Source: a virus
DNA length: 33,746 nucleotides
IMG/VR virus record: IMGVR_UViG_3300001102_000004
Span: 1 to 33,746 of that record
Strand: one strand, 5' to 3'
Each line of letters opens with the position of its first letter. The first letter of the stretch is position 1. Positions 15,676-23,842 of the stretch are shown one piece after another. The translations under genes and the position numbers were made by a program. The notes beneath the pieces were generated by a model, which was not told the DNA's origin, did not search any database, and saw nothing but the letters and a program-made list of their open reading frames with translations.

Positions 15676-17363
15676 TATTCCTGTTCTATTTCCACAATCT
15701 TTAAATTGTTAGTGTACTTCTTTTCGTAAAGATACGATATATTAGCTGTGTCCTGTGACCAGTTCCATTTAACCGCTGTAAATTCTGCCTCCATTCCTTT
15801 ACAGTCATAAAAAAATGGGTTAGATAATACTTTAAAAATATCCTCGCAGCAAAACGGTACAGTTATATTGTTAACTATACCCTCTTGTTTTTCTTCGTAA
15901 TAACTATCCGCTAAAGATTTTGCGCTCAATATATCTCTATGGTTATTTTTTATTTTTCCATCGTCTCCAATTATTAATAGTTTTGGAACGCTATGTATAG
16001 GGTTTTCTACTTTAAGCATACACAGTCTATTTGTAACTATATTTGCGTAACTTTTATTCCCTCCAAAAGCAGATACTAAAGCGTCTATTATAGATAAAAA
16101 AGATTTTAAAGCTTTTTCAACCTCAGTTAACCCTGTTTTTTTAGAGCCTAAAGCTACTGGAAATTCACAGGTATTTATTCCATTTAATAAAACTTTCTTT
16201 TTGTCTCCTATAACACAGGGTTTATATCTTTTTAAAAACGATGTTCCCCTATAGTTTAATACTGTCCATCCGTCGTTAGGGTCAGTTTGGAAAGTGTATC
16301 TATTTGTAGCTGTAAAATCTTTAGCATTTATACTGAAAAAAGGTATGTCTATATTAGGCATCACATACGTTGAGTTTTGCAGCATGCTTTTATCTTTGCT
16401 AGGCAATAATGTAGCGCACCCGTCTTTAATGTATAGGCTGGAGTCTGTTAATTTTTTTACAAGGCCCAGCATTCCTAGCGCAAAATACTGCTGCTCGTCT
16501 GCCAAAGGAACGCAGTTTACATTTGTTGGCCTAAAAATTCTATCTACTAAATTTGGCCTGGTTGGTTTGCTAGGTAAATAAACTAGGCAATCTAATAAAG
16601 GTATATTTTCCTTGAAATTATACCCGCATTCCTCTATAGCTTTTCTTAAAACTTCTCTAACCTTTAGTCCTTTATGTTTTCTTACTGGAGGGTAAATATA
16701 ATCTAATAATTGCTCAACTAAGTTAATAGTGTATATTAACATGGTCGCAAAAAAGATAGCGTTTGCAATAATCCTCAAAGCTCCACGTACTGCGTCACCC
16801 ACAGAAGATACTGCTGTTATATCTATAATAGATTTTACTAAATTATTTGCAGCCTCTATAGTTTGATATAAAGCAACAAAAGTAGAAAAACTTAAAAAAG
16901 CTAATTCTAAACCGTAATCTATTTTCTCTACTATATATGGAACCTCTACGCAGCAATCATCGTAGCTAGAGGGGTTTAAACTTCTAAGGTAATCAAAAGA
17001 CAATGAAGCTAAACACCTTTCTAAATCTTCTACGCTATCACATACTTTTACTTTCGCTACTATCTTACAATCGTCTGTTAAATTAGGTTCGTCCGAAAGG
17101 TCCACATACATTTTAAAAACATGGCTCATCCCGTTACAACTAAAAACAACGTCTAAAGGCACTCCCTCAAAAACTCCCAAACCTCCGTCGCAGCCTCCTT
17201 TATACCAATCTAAAAGTATCTGTGCAGCGTCTCCCTCAAAGCACATAGTATCAATTCCTATAGTAGGTGTAGATTTTAAAAACTCTATGTCTATTTCGGT
17301 ATCTTCCCACTCAGTTAAACCTGTAACCTGTTGACCGTTTAAAATAAAATCTATTGTAGTCAT
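15675..17363 (-). CDS. Tail-tip / distal tail structural protein (assigned by position)
   Basis: 562-aa ORF immediately after the tape measure. Confidence 0.55.
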   Translation of the reverse strand: MTTIDFILNGQQVTGLTEWEDTEIDIEFLKSTPTIGIDTMCFEGDAAQILLDWYKGGCDGGLGVFEGVPLDVVFSCNGMSHVFKMYVDLSDEPNLTDDCKIVAKVKVCDSVEDLERCLASLSFDYLRSLNPSSYDDCCVEVPYIVEKIDYGLELAFLSFSTFVALYQTIEAANNLVKSIIDITAVSSVGDAVRGALRIIANAIFFATMLIYTINLVEQLLDYIYPPVRKHKGLKVREVLRKAIEECGYNFKENIPLLDCLVYLPSKPTRPNLVDRIFRPTNVNCVPLADEQQYFALGMLGLVKKLTDSSLYIKDGCATLLPSKDKSMLQNSTYVMPNIDIPFFSINAKDFTATNRYTFQTDPNDGWTVLNYRGTSFLKRYKPCVIGDKKKVLLNGINTCEFPVALGSKKTGLTEVEKALKSFLSIIDALVSAFGGNKSYANIVTNRLCMLKVENPIHSVPKLLIIGDDGKIKNNHRDILSAKSLADSYYEEKQEGIVNNITVPFCCEDIFKVLSNPFFYDCKGMEAEFTAVKWNWSQDTANISYLYEKKYTNNLKIVEIEQE

Positions 17364-20300
17364 TTATCTAAGTTTACGTTTAATTTTAGTTATAGTTTTA
17401 TCGCTTACTATAACTTGTGTTATTATATCTCTAAGTTGGTCGTACTCATAGCCCACCTGTGGTATGTCTATTTTTGAAACGGCAGTAGTTAAAGCGTTTG
17501 TTATCCCAACCTCGTCAATAGTAACAGAATTTAAATTACTCATGTTTCCTTTAGGGCTTACTACTCCAGTATCAAAAAACCCTTTAACATATTTGTTTTT
17601 AAAATCTGACATGCTAGCACCTTTTAAACCTAAGTCCTTTGTTGTTGCAGCATCTATTACAAACTCCTTACCATGTGTAACACCTGCAATATCGTTAACT
17701 CCTACGTCTCCAGTATAACCTCCCGTTTTAAATCCGTTAAGAGAATTAATAAAAGCTAATAAAGCTGTAATACCTCCACTAGTATTACCTAAAGACTCTA
17801 AAGGGGTTTGATCGTTTTCTAAGCCGTTAATATAACTTTTTATAGCTGCGGTAGTAAGCTCTGTTATTCTCGCTCTACGCTCTTGTTTTTGCTTTTCCCT
17901 TTGCAGTTCTGCTATTTTTTTATTTTCAAACTCTAGCCTGTCTAAGTCGTCTGTAGTTTGACTATCTCCTAAAGACTCTAATTTACCTATAGCTGTTTCT
18001 CTTTGTTTAATTTCGTTGTCTACTTCGGCTATTCTTTGTTTAGCTAGTTCTTGTTGTGACTTATTAAACTCCTCTGTAGATTTTCCTACCCTATCGTAAA
18101 ACTGTTTTTGTTTTTCCTCCCTATCTAAAAGGTCCTTTTGTAACTGGTCGTTTAAAGCTTTTGCTGTGTCTATTATAACCTGGTTTGTTTTTTCGTTTTC
18201 TTCCTCTACTCCAGCTAAAACATCCGCTGCCTGCTCAGGTAACCCATCACCGTCTATAGTTAAAAGCTCTACCTGTTCTCTACCTTTACCGTCCAGTATG
18301 TCCTGTAGTCTTTTAATTTCCTCTTTTAATGTTTCAGCCTCAGAGGTTAAAGATTTAAACTTTTCTCCTAGAGCGTCGTTAGGATCGTTTAAAGCTAACT
18401 CCCTTTCCTTTCCTACCTCTTGTAATTTCTTTTTTAACTGCTCTAGCCTAGATAATCTTTTGTCGTTTGCGCTACCTCCTGATCCTTGTTTATCCGCTTC
18501 GTCTTGCGCTTTTTTCTGTTCAGCTAATATTTTAGCTTGTAATTTTTTCTCGTCCTCTATTGCTTCTTTTTCCCTGTCGGCCCTTTTCTTTTTTACAGCA
18601 TTATTAAAAGCGTCTCCTACGTCAGAGCCTGCGGTTTTAAAAGTTTCTTTTAAGTCGTCTACAGCTTTTCCTGCAGCGTCAAAATCAAAAGTTAAAGCGT
18701 TTCCAATAACTCTCCCTAAATTTTTAGTAAACTCAACTACCTGTCTGCCTATTTCAAAAATAGCCTCTTTTGTGGCCAAAAACAAAACTGGTATATCTGT
18801 TATAAAACCTCCTATAGATTTAAAACCTCTGCCTATCGCGGCTAAAACGTTTTGTAGTCTAGGACTTTCAGCTATATAGTCTCTTGTAACTTTTACTAAA
18901 CCAGTAAAAGCATCTACAATAAAGCTAATTACAGTTAAAGTAAATTTTAATGGTATTTGCAAAAACTCAAAAACCTTTGTAAGAACACCTACCGAGTCTG
19001 TCGCTTCGTCCGCTTCATCACCAAATAGGCCCAACGCTTCAAACAGCCCTACAAAAGAATCTCTAACCTCTGTTATAAATGGTTTTAAAGTGTCTATTGC
19101 TGCGTCAAAAGCTATAATTATATCGCTTATAAAATCAATAACTGGAGCTAAAAACTCTACCAGGCCATTGTCACCAGCCAACAAAGCGTCGAAAGTGTTT
19201 TTTAAACGCTGCCATGATGCGGCAAATGTCCTCGTATTTTGCTCTGCTTGTTTCTGAGCTACCCCGTTCTCATCTACTTGCTCTGTAAGCTCCCCAAAAC
19301 GGTCTATATTTTCAACTAAAACACTTGCCGCTTCTTTATTTTCTCTACCAAAAACCTTAGTTAAAGCTATTGAGTTTCCTTGTATTTTAGATAGCTCTGT
19401 TAACCTTTCTTTTAATGTTAGGTTTTTGTCAGCTAACACGTCTGTATTTACTCCTGCGGCCTGTAATTGAGCTACAGCCTCTTTAGGTAAAGCCTCTGCA
19501 GTAGACAATATAGAGAATACGTTTCTTAATTTAGTTCCTGCCTCGGCTCCCTCTAAACCTTTTTCGGCTAATAACTCTATGGCTCCTACTGACTCCTGTA
19601 GTTTTATATTTGCGCCTGACGCAGAAACACCGAATTTAACTAATGCCTCTGTAATTGCTGGAATTTCCGCAGCTCCTGCCTGTGCTCCTGCAGCAAGAAT
19701 ATCTGTAACCTTTGCTGCTTCGCTTGCGTCTTTACCGTACTGGTTTAAAACCTTTGTTAACGATCCAACGGAGCTGGATAAATCGTCTCCACTAGCTTTA
19801 CTTAATAATATGGCCTGCTTTGTAACGTCAGCTAAAGCGTCTCTGTTTTCTAATAGCTCAGGCTTTGCACTACCTACTAATTTAAAGGCCTCTACTGTAT
19901 CTTTTAATGATGTGCTTAATGTACGATCCTGTGCTATTTGTTTTGCTTGCTCTGCAAAAAATCCTAATTCCTCTCCTTGTATTCCTAGTATAGAACCTAA
20001 AGATGCTAAGGATGTTTGAAACTCAGACTGTACGGCTATAGCTCTTTTAGTTATCGCTGTTATCCCTGCTAATGCTCCAGCCGCTAAACCTACAGGGCCA
20101 AGCACTAAATTTTTAATAGCTCCTCCAACACCTCCCCAGGCACTACCGTAGTTTCCTACATTCCTTTGATATTGTCCAGCGTTAGCGTCAATTTTCTTTA
20201 AATTACCATCTAACCCTCCTATTTGTTTCTGTAGGTCCTTTGCGTTTTTGCTAGCTATACCCTCAGACGCTGCAACATCTTTGTATCTTTTCCTTAATTG

Positions 20301-20708
20301 GTTTAGCTCTATTGATAGTTTTTCGTAAGCTGTAGTAGTCTCGCTTTGTAACTTTGCCTCCTCTCTATTTATTTTGTTTTTTCTGTTTATTTCAACCCTT
20401 AAAGCTGCTACCTCTTTTGCTTCTTTACCTGTTAGATTTGTTAGCTTAGATTGTAGTTTTTCTTTTGTTCTTAAAATCTTATCCTGTTCTGATAATATTT
20501 TATTTGTTTTCTGAGACTCTTTATTAAAATCGTTTATACCTTTTGCGCTACTTAAATCAAAAGCATTTATTTTTTTTGCAGTAGCTTTTAATAAACTATT
20601 GTATTGTTGCTCTAACTGCTCTAAAACTTTTAAAAAATCTGCTGCATTTTGCGCTTCACCTCCAAATAAATTGGACTCTAATATATCCTCCTTTTTAATC
20701 TTTGCCAT
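17364..20708 (-). CDS. Tail tape measure protein
   Basis: 1114 aa with long coiled-coil regions, glycine-rich hydrophobic segments and a C-terminal GGYTGDVGVNDIAGVTHGKEFVI motif. Its position after the chaperone-slot ORFs also fits. Confidence 0.85.
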   Translation of the reverse strand: MAKIKKEDILESNLFGGEAQNAADFLKVLEQLEQQYNSLLKATAKKINAFDLSSAKGINDFNKESQKTNKILSEQDKILRTKEKLQSKLTNLTGKEAKEVAALRVEINRKNKINREEAKLQSETTTAYEKLSIELNQLRKRYKDVAASEGIASKNAKDLQKQIGGLDGNLKKIDANAGQYQRNVGNYGSAWGGVGGAIKNLVLGPVGLAAGALAGITAITKRAIAVQSEFQTSLASLGSILGIQGEELGFFAEQAKQIAQDRTLSTSLKDTVEAFKLVGSAKPELLENRDALADVTKQAILLSKASGDDLSSSVGSLTKVLNQYGKDASEAAKVTDILAAGAQAGAAEIPAITEALVKFGVSASGANIKLQESVGAIELLAEKGLEGAEAGTKLRNVFSILSTAEALPKEAVAQLQAAGVNTDVLADKNLTLKERLTELSKIQGNSIALTKVFGRENKEAASVLVENIDRFGELTEQVDENGVAQKQAEQNTRTFAASWQRLKNTFDALLAGDNGLVEFLAPVIDFISDIIIAFDAAIDTLKPFITEVRDSFVGLFEALGLFGDEADEATDSVGVLTKVFEFLQIPLKFTLTVISFIVDAFTGLVKVTRDYIAESPRLQNVLAAIGRGFKSIGGFITDIPVLFLATKEAIFEIGRQVVEFTKNLGRVIGNALTFDFDAAGKAVDDLKETFKTAGSDVGDAFNNAVKKKRADREKEAIEDEKKLQAKILAEQKKAQDEADKQGSGGSANDKRLSRLEQLKKKLQEVGKERELALNDPNDALGEKFKSLTSEAETLKEEIKRLQDILDGKGREQVELLTIDGDGLPEQAADVLAGVEEENEKTNQVIIDTAKALNDQLQKDLLDREEKQKQFYDRVGKSTEEFNKSQQELAKQRIAEVDNEIKQRETAIGKLESLGDSQTTDDLDRLEFENKKIAELQREKQKQERRARITELTTAAIKSYINGLENDQTPLESLGNTSGGITALLAFINSLNGFKTGGYTGDVGVNDIAGVTHGKEFVIDAATTKDLGLKGASMSDFKNKYVKGFFDTGVVSPKGNMSNLNSVTIDEVGITNALTTAVSKIDIPQVGYEYDQLRDIITQVIVSDKTITKIKRKLR

Positions 20709-21225
20709 TGTAGTTGTTCATTTCTTCTATTATCTTATAATAGTAAGTTGCTAATACTTCATCCTCTTTTAAGTTATACCCCATGAATTTACAAGCGTGT
20801 ATAAAACCTTTTTTTTTGTCTACCTTAATTCTAGTAAGGTCCTTAATTGCATCCTCGCAATCCTCTATAGCGTTCACGTGATACCTTTCACCAGTAGTAG
20901 CTAATTTAATTCTAGCTATAACTAGTTTTTTACTTAGCCTTAGTATTTTTTCGTATTCGTCAGATATTCCGCACTGGTCTATATATCCCTGGAAAACTTC
21001 AAGCCATGCGTTTAACAGTTGTTTCTCTGTTGGTTTTCCACTTATAACTAAGTACTCTATACTTTCCTCTAAAATTAACCAATTTTTTAAAGGTATATTT
21101 TCCCAAGTGTATAACTTAGTAGCCTCATTTTCGCTTACATTTAATTTAGGCTCCTCTAATATATTCTCTGATTTTCTTTTGTATCTCCTCGATAAAAACC
21201 CTTTTAAGTATCTCCAAACTGTCAT
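20695..21225 (-). CDS. Hypothetical protein in the tail assembly chaperone position
   Basis: 176-aa ORF directly upstream of the tape measure. It overlaps the preceding ORF by 80 nt, in the +1 frame. Confidence 0.55.
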   Translation of the reverse strand: MTVWRYLKGFLSRRYKRKSENILEEPKLNVSENEATKLYTWENIPLKNWLILEESIEYLVISGKPTEKQLLNAWLEVFQGYIDQCGISDEYEKILRLSKKLVIARIKLATTGERYHVNAIEDCEDAIKDLTRIKVDKKKGFIHACKFMGYNLKEDEVLATYYYKIIEEMNNYNGKD

Positions 21226-21613
21226 CTGTTAACCCAAGTATAAAGCGTGAAGCTATAACCTCTAAATCTGTAAAAGTATTATCTATAGTAGACTCCTTTA
21301 AAGTTTCTGCTGTTATTTCTGCATCGCCATTGTTTAAAACTGTAACTCTAAACGAGTTGTAAAATTCCCCTGTATCAAATAAATTAAAAGGGGTTCCTGC
21401 TTTTTTTCTTCCTCTAGTTAAAATCTCAGTAGCTACCGAGTAATTAGGCAAAGGAAAATTTTTACTGTCTATACCCTCTTTGAATAATTGCTTTTTAGTG
21501 TTAAGCTCTATTATCAACTTTTTTGTTCTCTCTAAATTAAAAAAAGCCACAGCCAATTTAGTATCGTTAAGATCGTTTATAAAAAAGTTTAATATTTTTT
21601 TTAGCTTATCCAT
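21146..21613 (-). CDS. Hypothetical tail-module protein (chaperone slot; DTGEFYNSF resembles HK97 gp10-like proteins)
   Basis: The start is moved to MDKLKK at 21613. The track extension to 21652 runs through a terminator hairpin. Confidence 0.55.
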   Translation of the reverse strand: MDKLKKILNFFINDLNDTKLAVAFFNLERTKKLIIELNTKKQLFKEGIDSKNFPLPNYSVATEILTRGRKKAGTPFNLFDTGEFYNSFRVTVLNNGDAEITAETLKESTIDNTFTDLEVIASRFILGLTDDSLEILKRVFIEEIQKKIREYIRGA

Positions 21614-21616
21614 AAT

Positions 21617-21648
21617 AAAAAAAAGGGGGTGACAAAAGCCAACCCCCC
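21617..21648 (-). terminator. Strong rho-independent terminator/attenuator after the major tail protein gene
   Basis: The minus strand reads GGGGGGTtggcttttgtcACCCCC followed by T8. Confidence 0.7.
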
Positions 21649-21675
21649 TCAACCAACAAATTTATTTTATTAGTA

Positions 21676-22587
21676 TTAAGGTGTAGGTAGAGTTACAGTA
21701 GTTGCACCTCCAGCGTCATAACCTTTTTTCAGTAAAGCATCCCAGTTAATAGTAACTACGTCTCCTGCATTCCCTCCAGGGATAGATATACTGTACAATC
21801 CGTCTACTTCTGTAATGGTAGGGGTTACAGCGTTACCTGCTAAAGTAACTACTAAATCTGTAGCTACTAATCCTTTGTATAAAAACTGCTTAATAGGTTT
21901 CCTTAATTTAAAGTCAAAACCTGAAACTTGCAATGTACTAACGTCAATGTCTACAGTTAAATCATTTAAAGGACAAGCACCTACCACGTCTGCGTCGTGT
22001 GTTCCTCCAAATATATATCCTACTGTACCAGTTGATTTGGTAGCCAACTCATATTTAACCTCTACTTTGTCACATGTGGAACCATCACCTTTAATGAATT
22101 TAGCGCGCACATTAGTAACTCTATATGGGTAAAGTTTATCATTGCTACACAAACCTCTAATAGTTCCGCATGCGAAAACATCATACATGTTTAAACCTCC
22201 GCAAGCTGCTAAAGCGTTAATGTTATCTCTCATTAATTCAGCTACCCCGTTTTTTTCAAAAGGAATAACAAACATTCTTTTTTCTTTTCCTGGTCGAACA
22301 AAACACTCCGAGCCGTCGTTAAACGTTTCGTAAACATCGTCCTCGTCCTCAGAAATAATATTTTTAATTTCAGGAAAAGGTCGCCATCTGCTAGGTAAAT
22401 TTACCGCGCATAAAAATTGATTTAAGCATGTCTGATCGAAAGACTTTGTTAAATCAATATGGTTCCTTTCTCCATTTTCGTTTAATTCAGGAACTAGTAT
22501 ACGTCCGTAGTCTTTTCCAACCTCGGGATAGTCGCATAACGGTAGTCCTAAGTTTCTAACCTTTGGGTCACATACACATTTTGACAT
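21676..22587 (-). CDS. Major tail protein with a C-terminal Ig-like extension
   Basis: 303 aa. It has its own promoter-like element and terminator, lies upstream of the chaperone-slot ORFs and the tape measure, and has a beta-rich C-terminus. Confidence 0.6.
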   Translation of the reverse strand: MSKCVCDPKVRNLGLPLCDYPEVGKDYGRILVPELNENGERNHIDLTKSFDQTCLNQFLCAVNLPSRWRPFPEIKNIISEDEDDVYETFNDGSECFVRPGKEKRMFVIPFEKNGVAELMRDNINALAACGGLNMYDVFACGTIRGLCSNDKLYPYRVTNVRAKFIKGDGSTCDKVEVKYELATKSTGTVGYIFGGTHDADVVGACPLNDLTVDIDVSTLQVSGFDFKLRKPIKQFLYKGLVATDLVVTLAGNAVTPTITEVDGLYSISIPGGNAGDVVTINWDALLKKGYDAGGATTVTLPTP

Positions 22588-22620
22588 TGTTATTTTTTTT
22601 AGTTTATATTATTACTATTA

Positions 22621-22647
22621 CAAATTTAACACTTATTACAACACAAA
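22621..22647 (-). promoter_or_regulatory. Promoter-like element, N15 class: TTTG-N15-TAAATTTG, then TAATAGTAA, 33 nt before the ATG
   Basis: The TAA of the box is the stop codon of the upstream gene. Its 18-nt core is identical to 11862-11879. Confidence 0.55.
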
Positions 22648-23369
22648 TTTTTTGTATTAGTGTTTTTAGTCGTGGTAAATCTAATTTCTAAATGATAGGC
22701 TCCTAAAGGCGCATTAAAAAACCATTCGGGGCACTCCTCTTTTTGGTTGTATTTAGCGAAAGCTGGGTAGTCCTTTGACCAGTATTCCTTAACCTCGTTA
22801 ACGTCTTTTGACTTTTTAAGTTTTTCTATAAAAGAATACATTAGATTATACATTGGCTGCAGATCGCATATATGGTCCTTTGTAACCGTATCTTTAAAAT
22901 TTAATGGCTGAATAAAAAACAGATTAATTTTAACGTCTCTGTCGTAGCATGCTAAATCGTCTACCTGAGTATATGCCCTTACATTTCCTGACATATATAC
23001 CATAGGGTATTTTTTACAGGATTTAATTTGATCTATTTCGTTAGATACGTAATGATGTTCTCCGCTAATAAACATAGGTGCGTCTATGCAGAATTTTAAA
23101 CAGTCTGCAGTTTCGTTTACCTCACCATTAACGTCTATGTATTCATTGTAGCTAAACCCTTTTACCTCGTAATCGTTCCCGTTAATTTGAAACTTTTTAC
23201 CACAGCAATTAAAGTACTTCCAGCAATCGTTAAGGTGTCCAGTATTACAAACGTAAAGCCTAGAAAAGTCGTTTTCTTGATCGTATTCGATTTTATTTAT
23301 AACTCCCTCATGCGATAAGCAGCCTACTAAAGGCTCTATTATTTTCGTTATGGTTTTTGGTGGTATCAT
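22626..23369 (-). CDS. Hypothetical cysteine-rich virion-module protein
   Basis: 247-aa ORF that ends ...NLCCNKC. Confidence 0.6.
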   Translation of the reverse strand: MIPPKTITKIIEPLVGCLSHEGVINKIEYDQENDFSRLYVCNTGHLNDCWKYFNCCGKKFQINGNDYEVKGFSYNEYIDVNGEVNETADCLKFCIDAPMFISGEHHYVSNEIDQIKSCKKYPMVYMSGNVRAYTQVDDLACYDRDVKINLFFIQPLNFKDTVTKDHICDLQPMYNLMYSFIEKLKKSKDVNEVKEYWSKDYPAFAKYNQKEECPEWFFNAPLGAYHLEIRFTTTKNTNTKNLCCNKC

Positions 23370-23830
23370 TTTTTACTCCATACTTTTCTACCAAAAGCTC
23401 TAACTCCTAAAAATCTAACTTTATTGTCAATGTTTTTAAGGCTAATTTTTCTAGTTCCGTTAATAGCTTTGGCCCATTTAAACATATCCTTGTCTGAGAA
23501 TTTCCTAGCAGCTTTACTGTTGCCGTTAAACCATTCTTTTGTAACGTATACGCTGTTTTGGTATAACCAGTCGTGAATTAAAGCCGATATAATAAAATCT
23601 CCATTAGGAGGTAACGCTGACCACAAAAGTCTAGGCACACTAGATAAATCCCACTCAAAACCATTTTCAATAGTTAAATTCCTACCATTGCTTAATTTAA
23701 TGGTAATTGTTTTCCTGGTCCTGTATTGCTTCCATTTACTAGAGGCTAGTATTATTTTACTGGTCCATACTGGATTATTTTTAATACTCTCCTCTCTAAT
23801 GTTTTCAATAGTGTAAATCTTATTTGCCAT
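23366..23830 (-). CDS. DUF1353-like protein
   Basis: FEWDLSSVPRLLWSALPP...ALIHDWLY matches the DUF1353 signature as I recall it (F.tDG.S.P...W ... HD.LY). Confidence 0.55.
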   Translation of the reverse strand: MANKIYTIENIREESIKNNPVWTSKIILASSKWKQYRTRKTITIKLSNGRNLTIENGFEWDLSSVPRLLWSALPPNGDFIISALIHDWLYQNSVYVTKEWFNGNSKAARKFSDKDMFKWAKAINGTRKISLKNIDNKVRFLGVRAFGRKVWSKK

Positions 23831-23842
23831 ATTCTGTTTTTT

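Noticed and set aside
18166-18879. Long plus-strand ORFs. Examples: 237 aa at 18166-18879, 216 aa at 25272-25922, 148 aa at 13102-13548, 146 aa at 19579-20019 and 124 aa at 4504-4878.
   Set aside because: Each is fully embedded antisense to a longer minus-strand gene with recognisable function or context. The translations are low-complexity and rich in S, F and L, as expected for the reverse frame of AT-rich coding DNA. None has promoter or terminator signals of its own.
21146-21225. A canonical -1 programmed frameshift (X XXY YYZ) between the two chaperone-slot ORFs
   Set aside because: By coordinate arithmetic the downstream ORF is in the +1 frame, not the -1 frame. No in-frame heptanucleotide slippery site is present. 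Only a +1-type context could be proposed.
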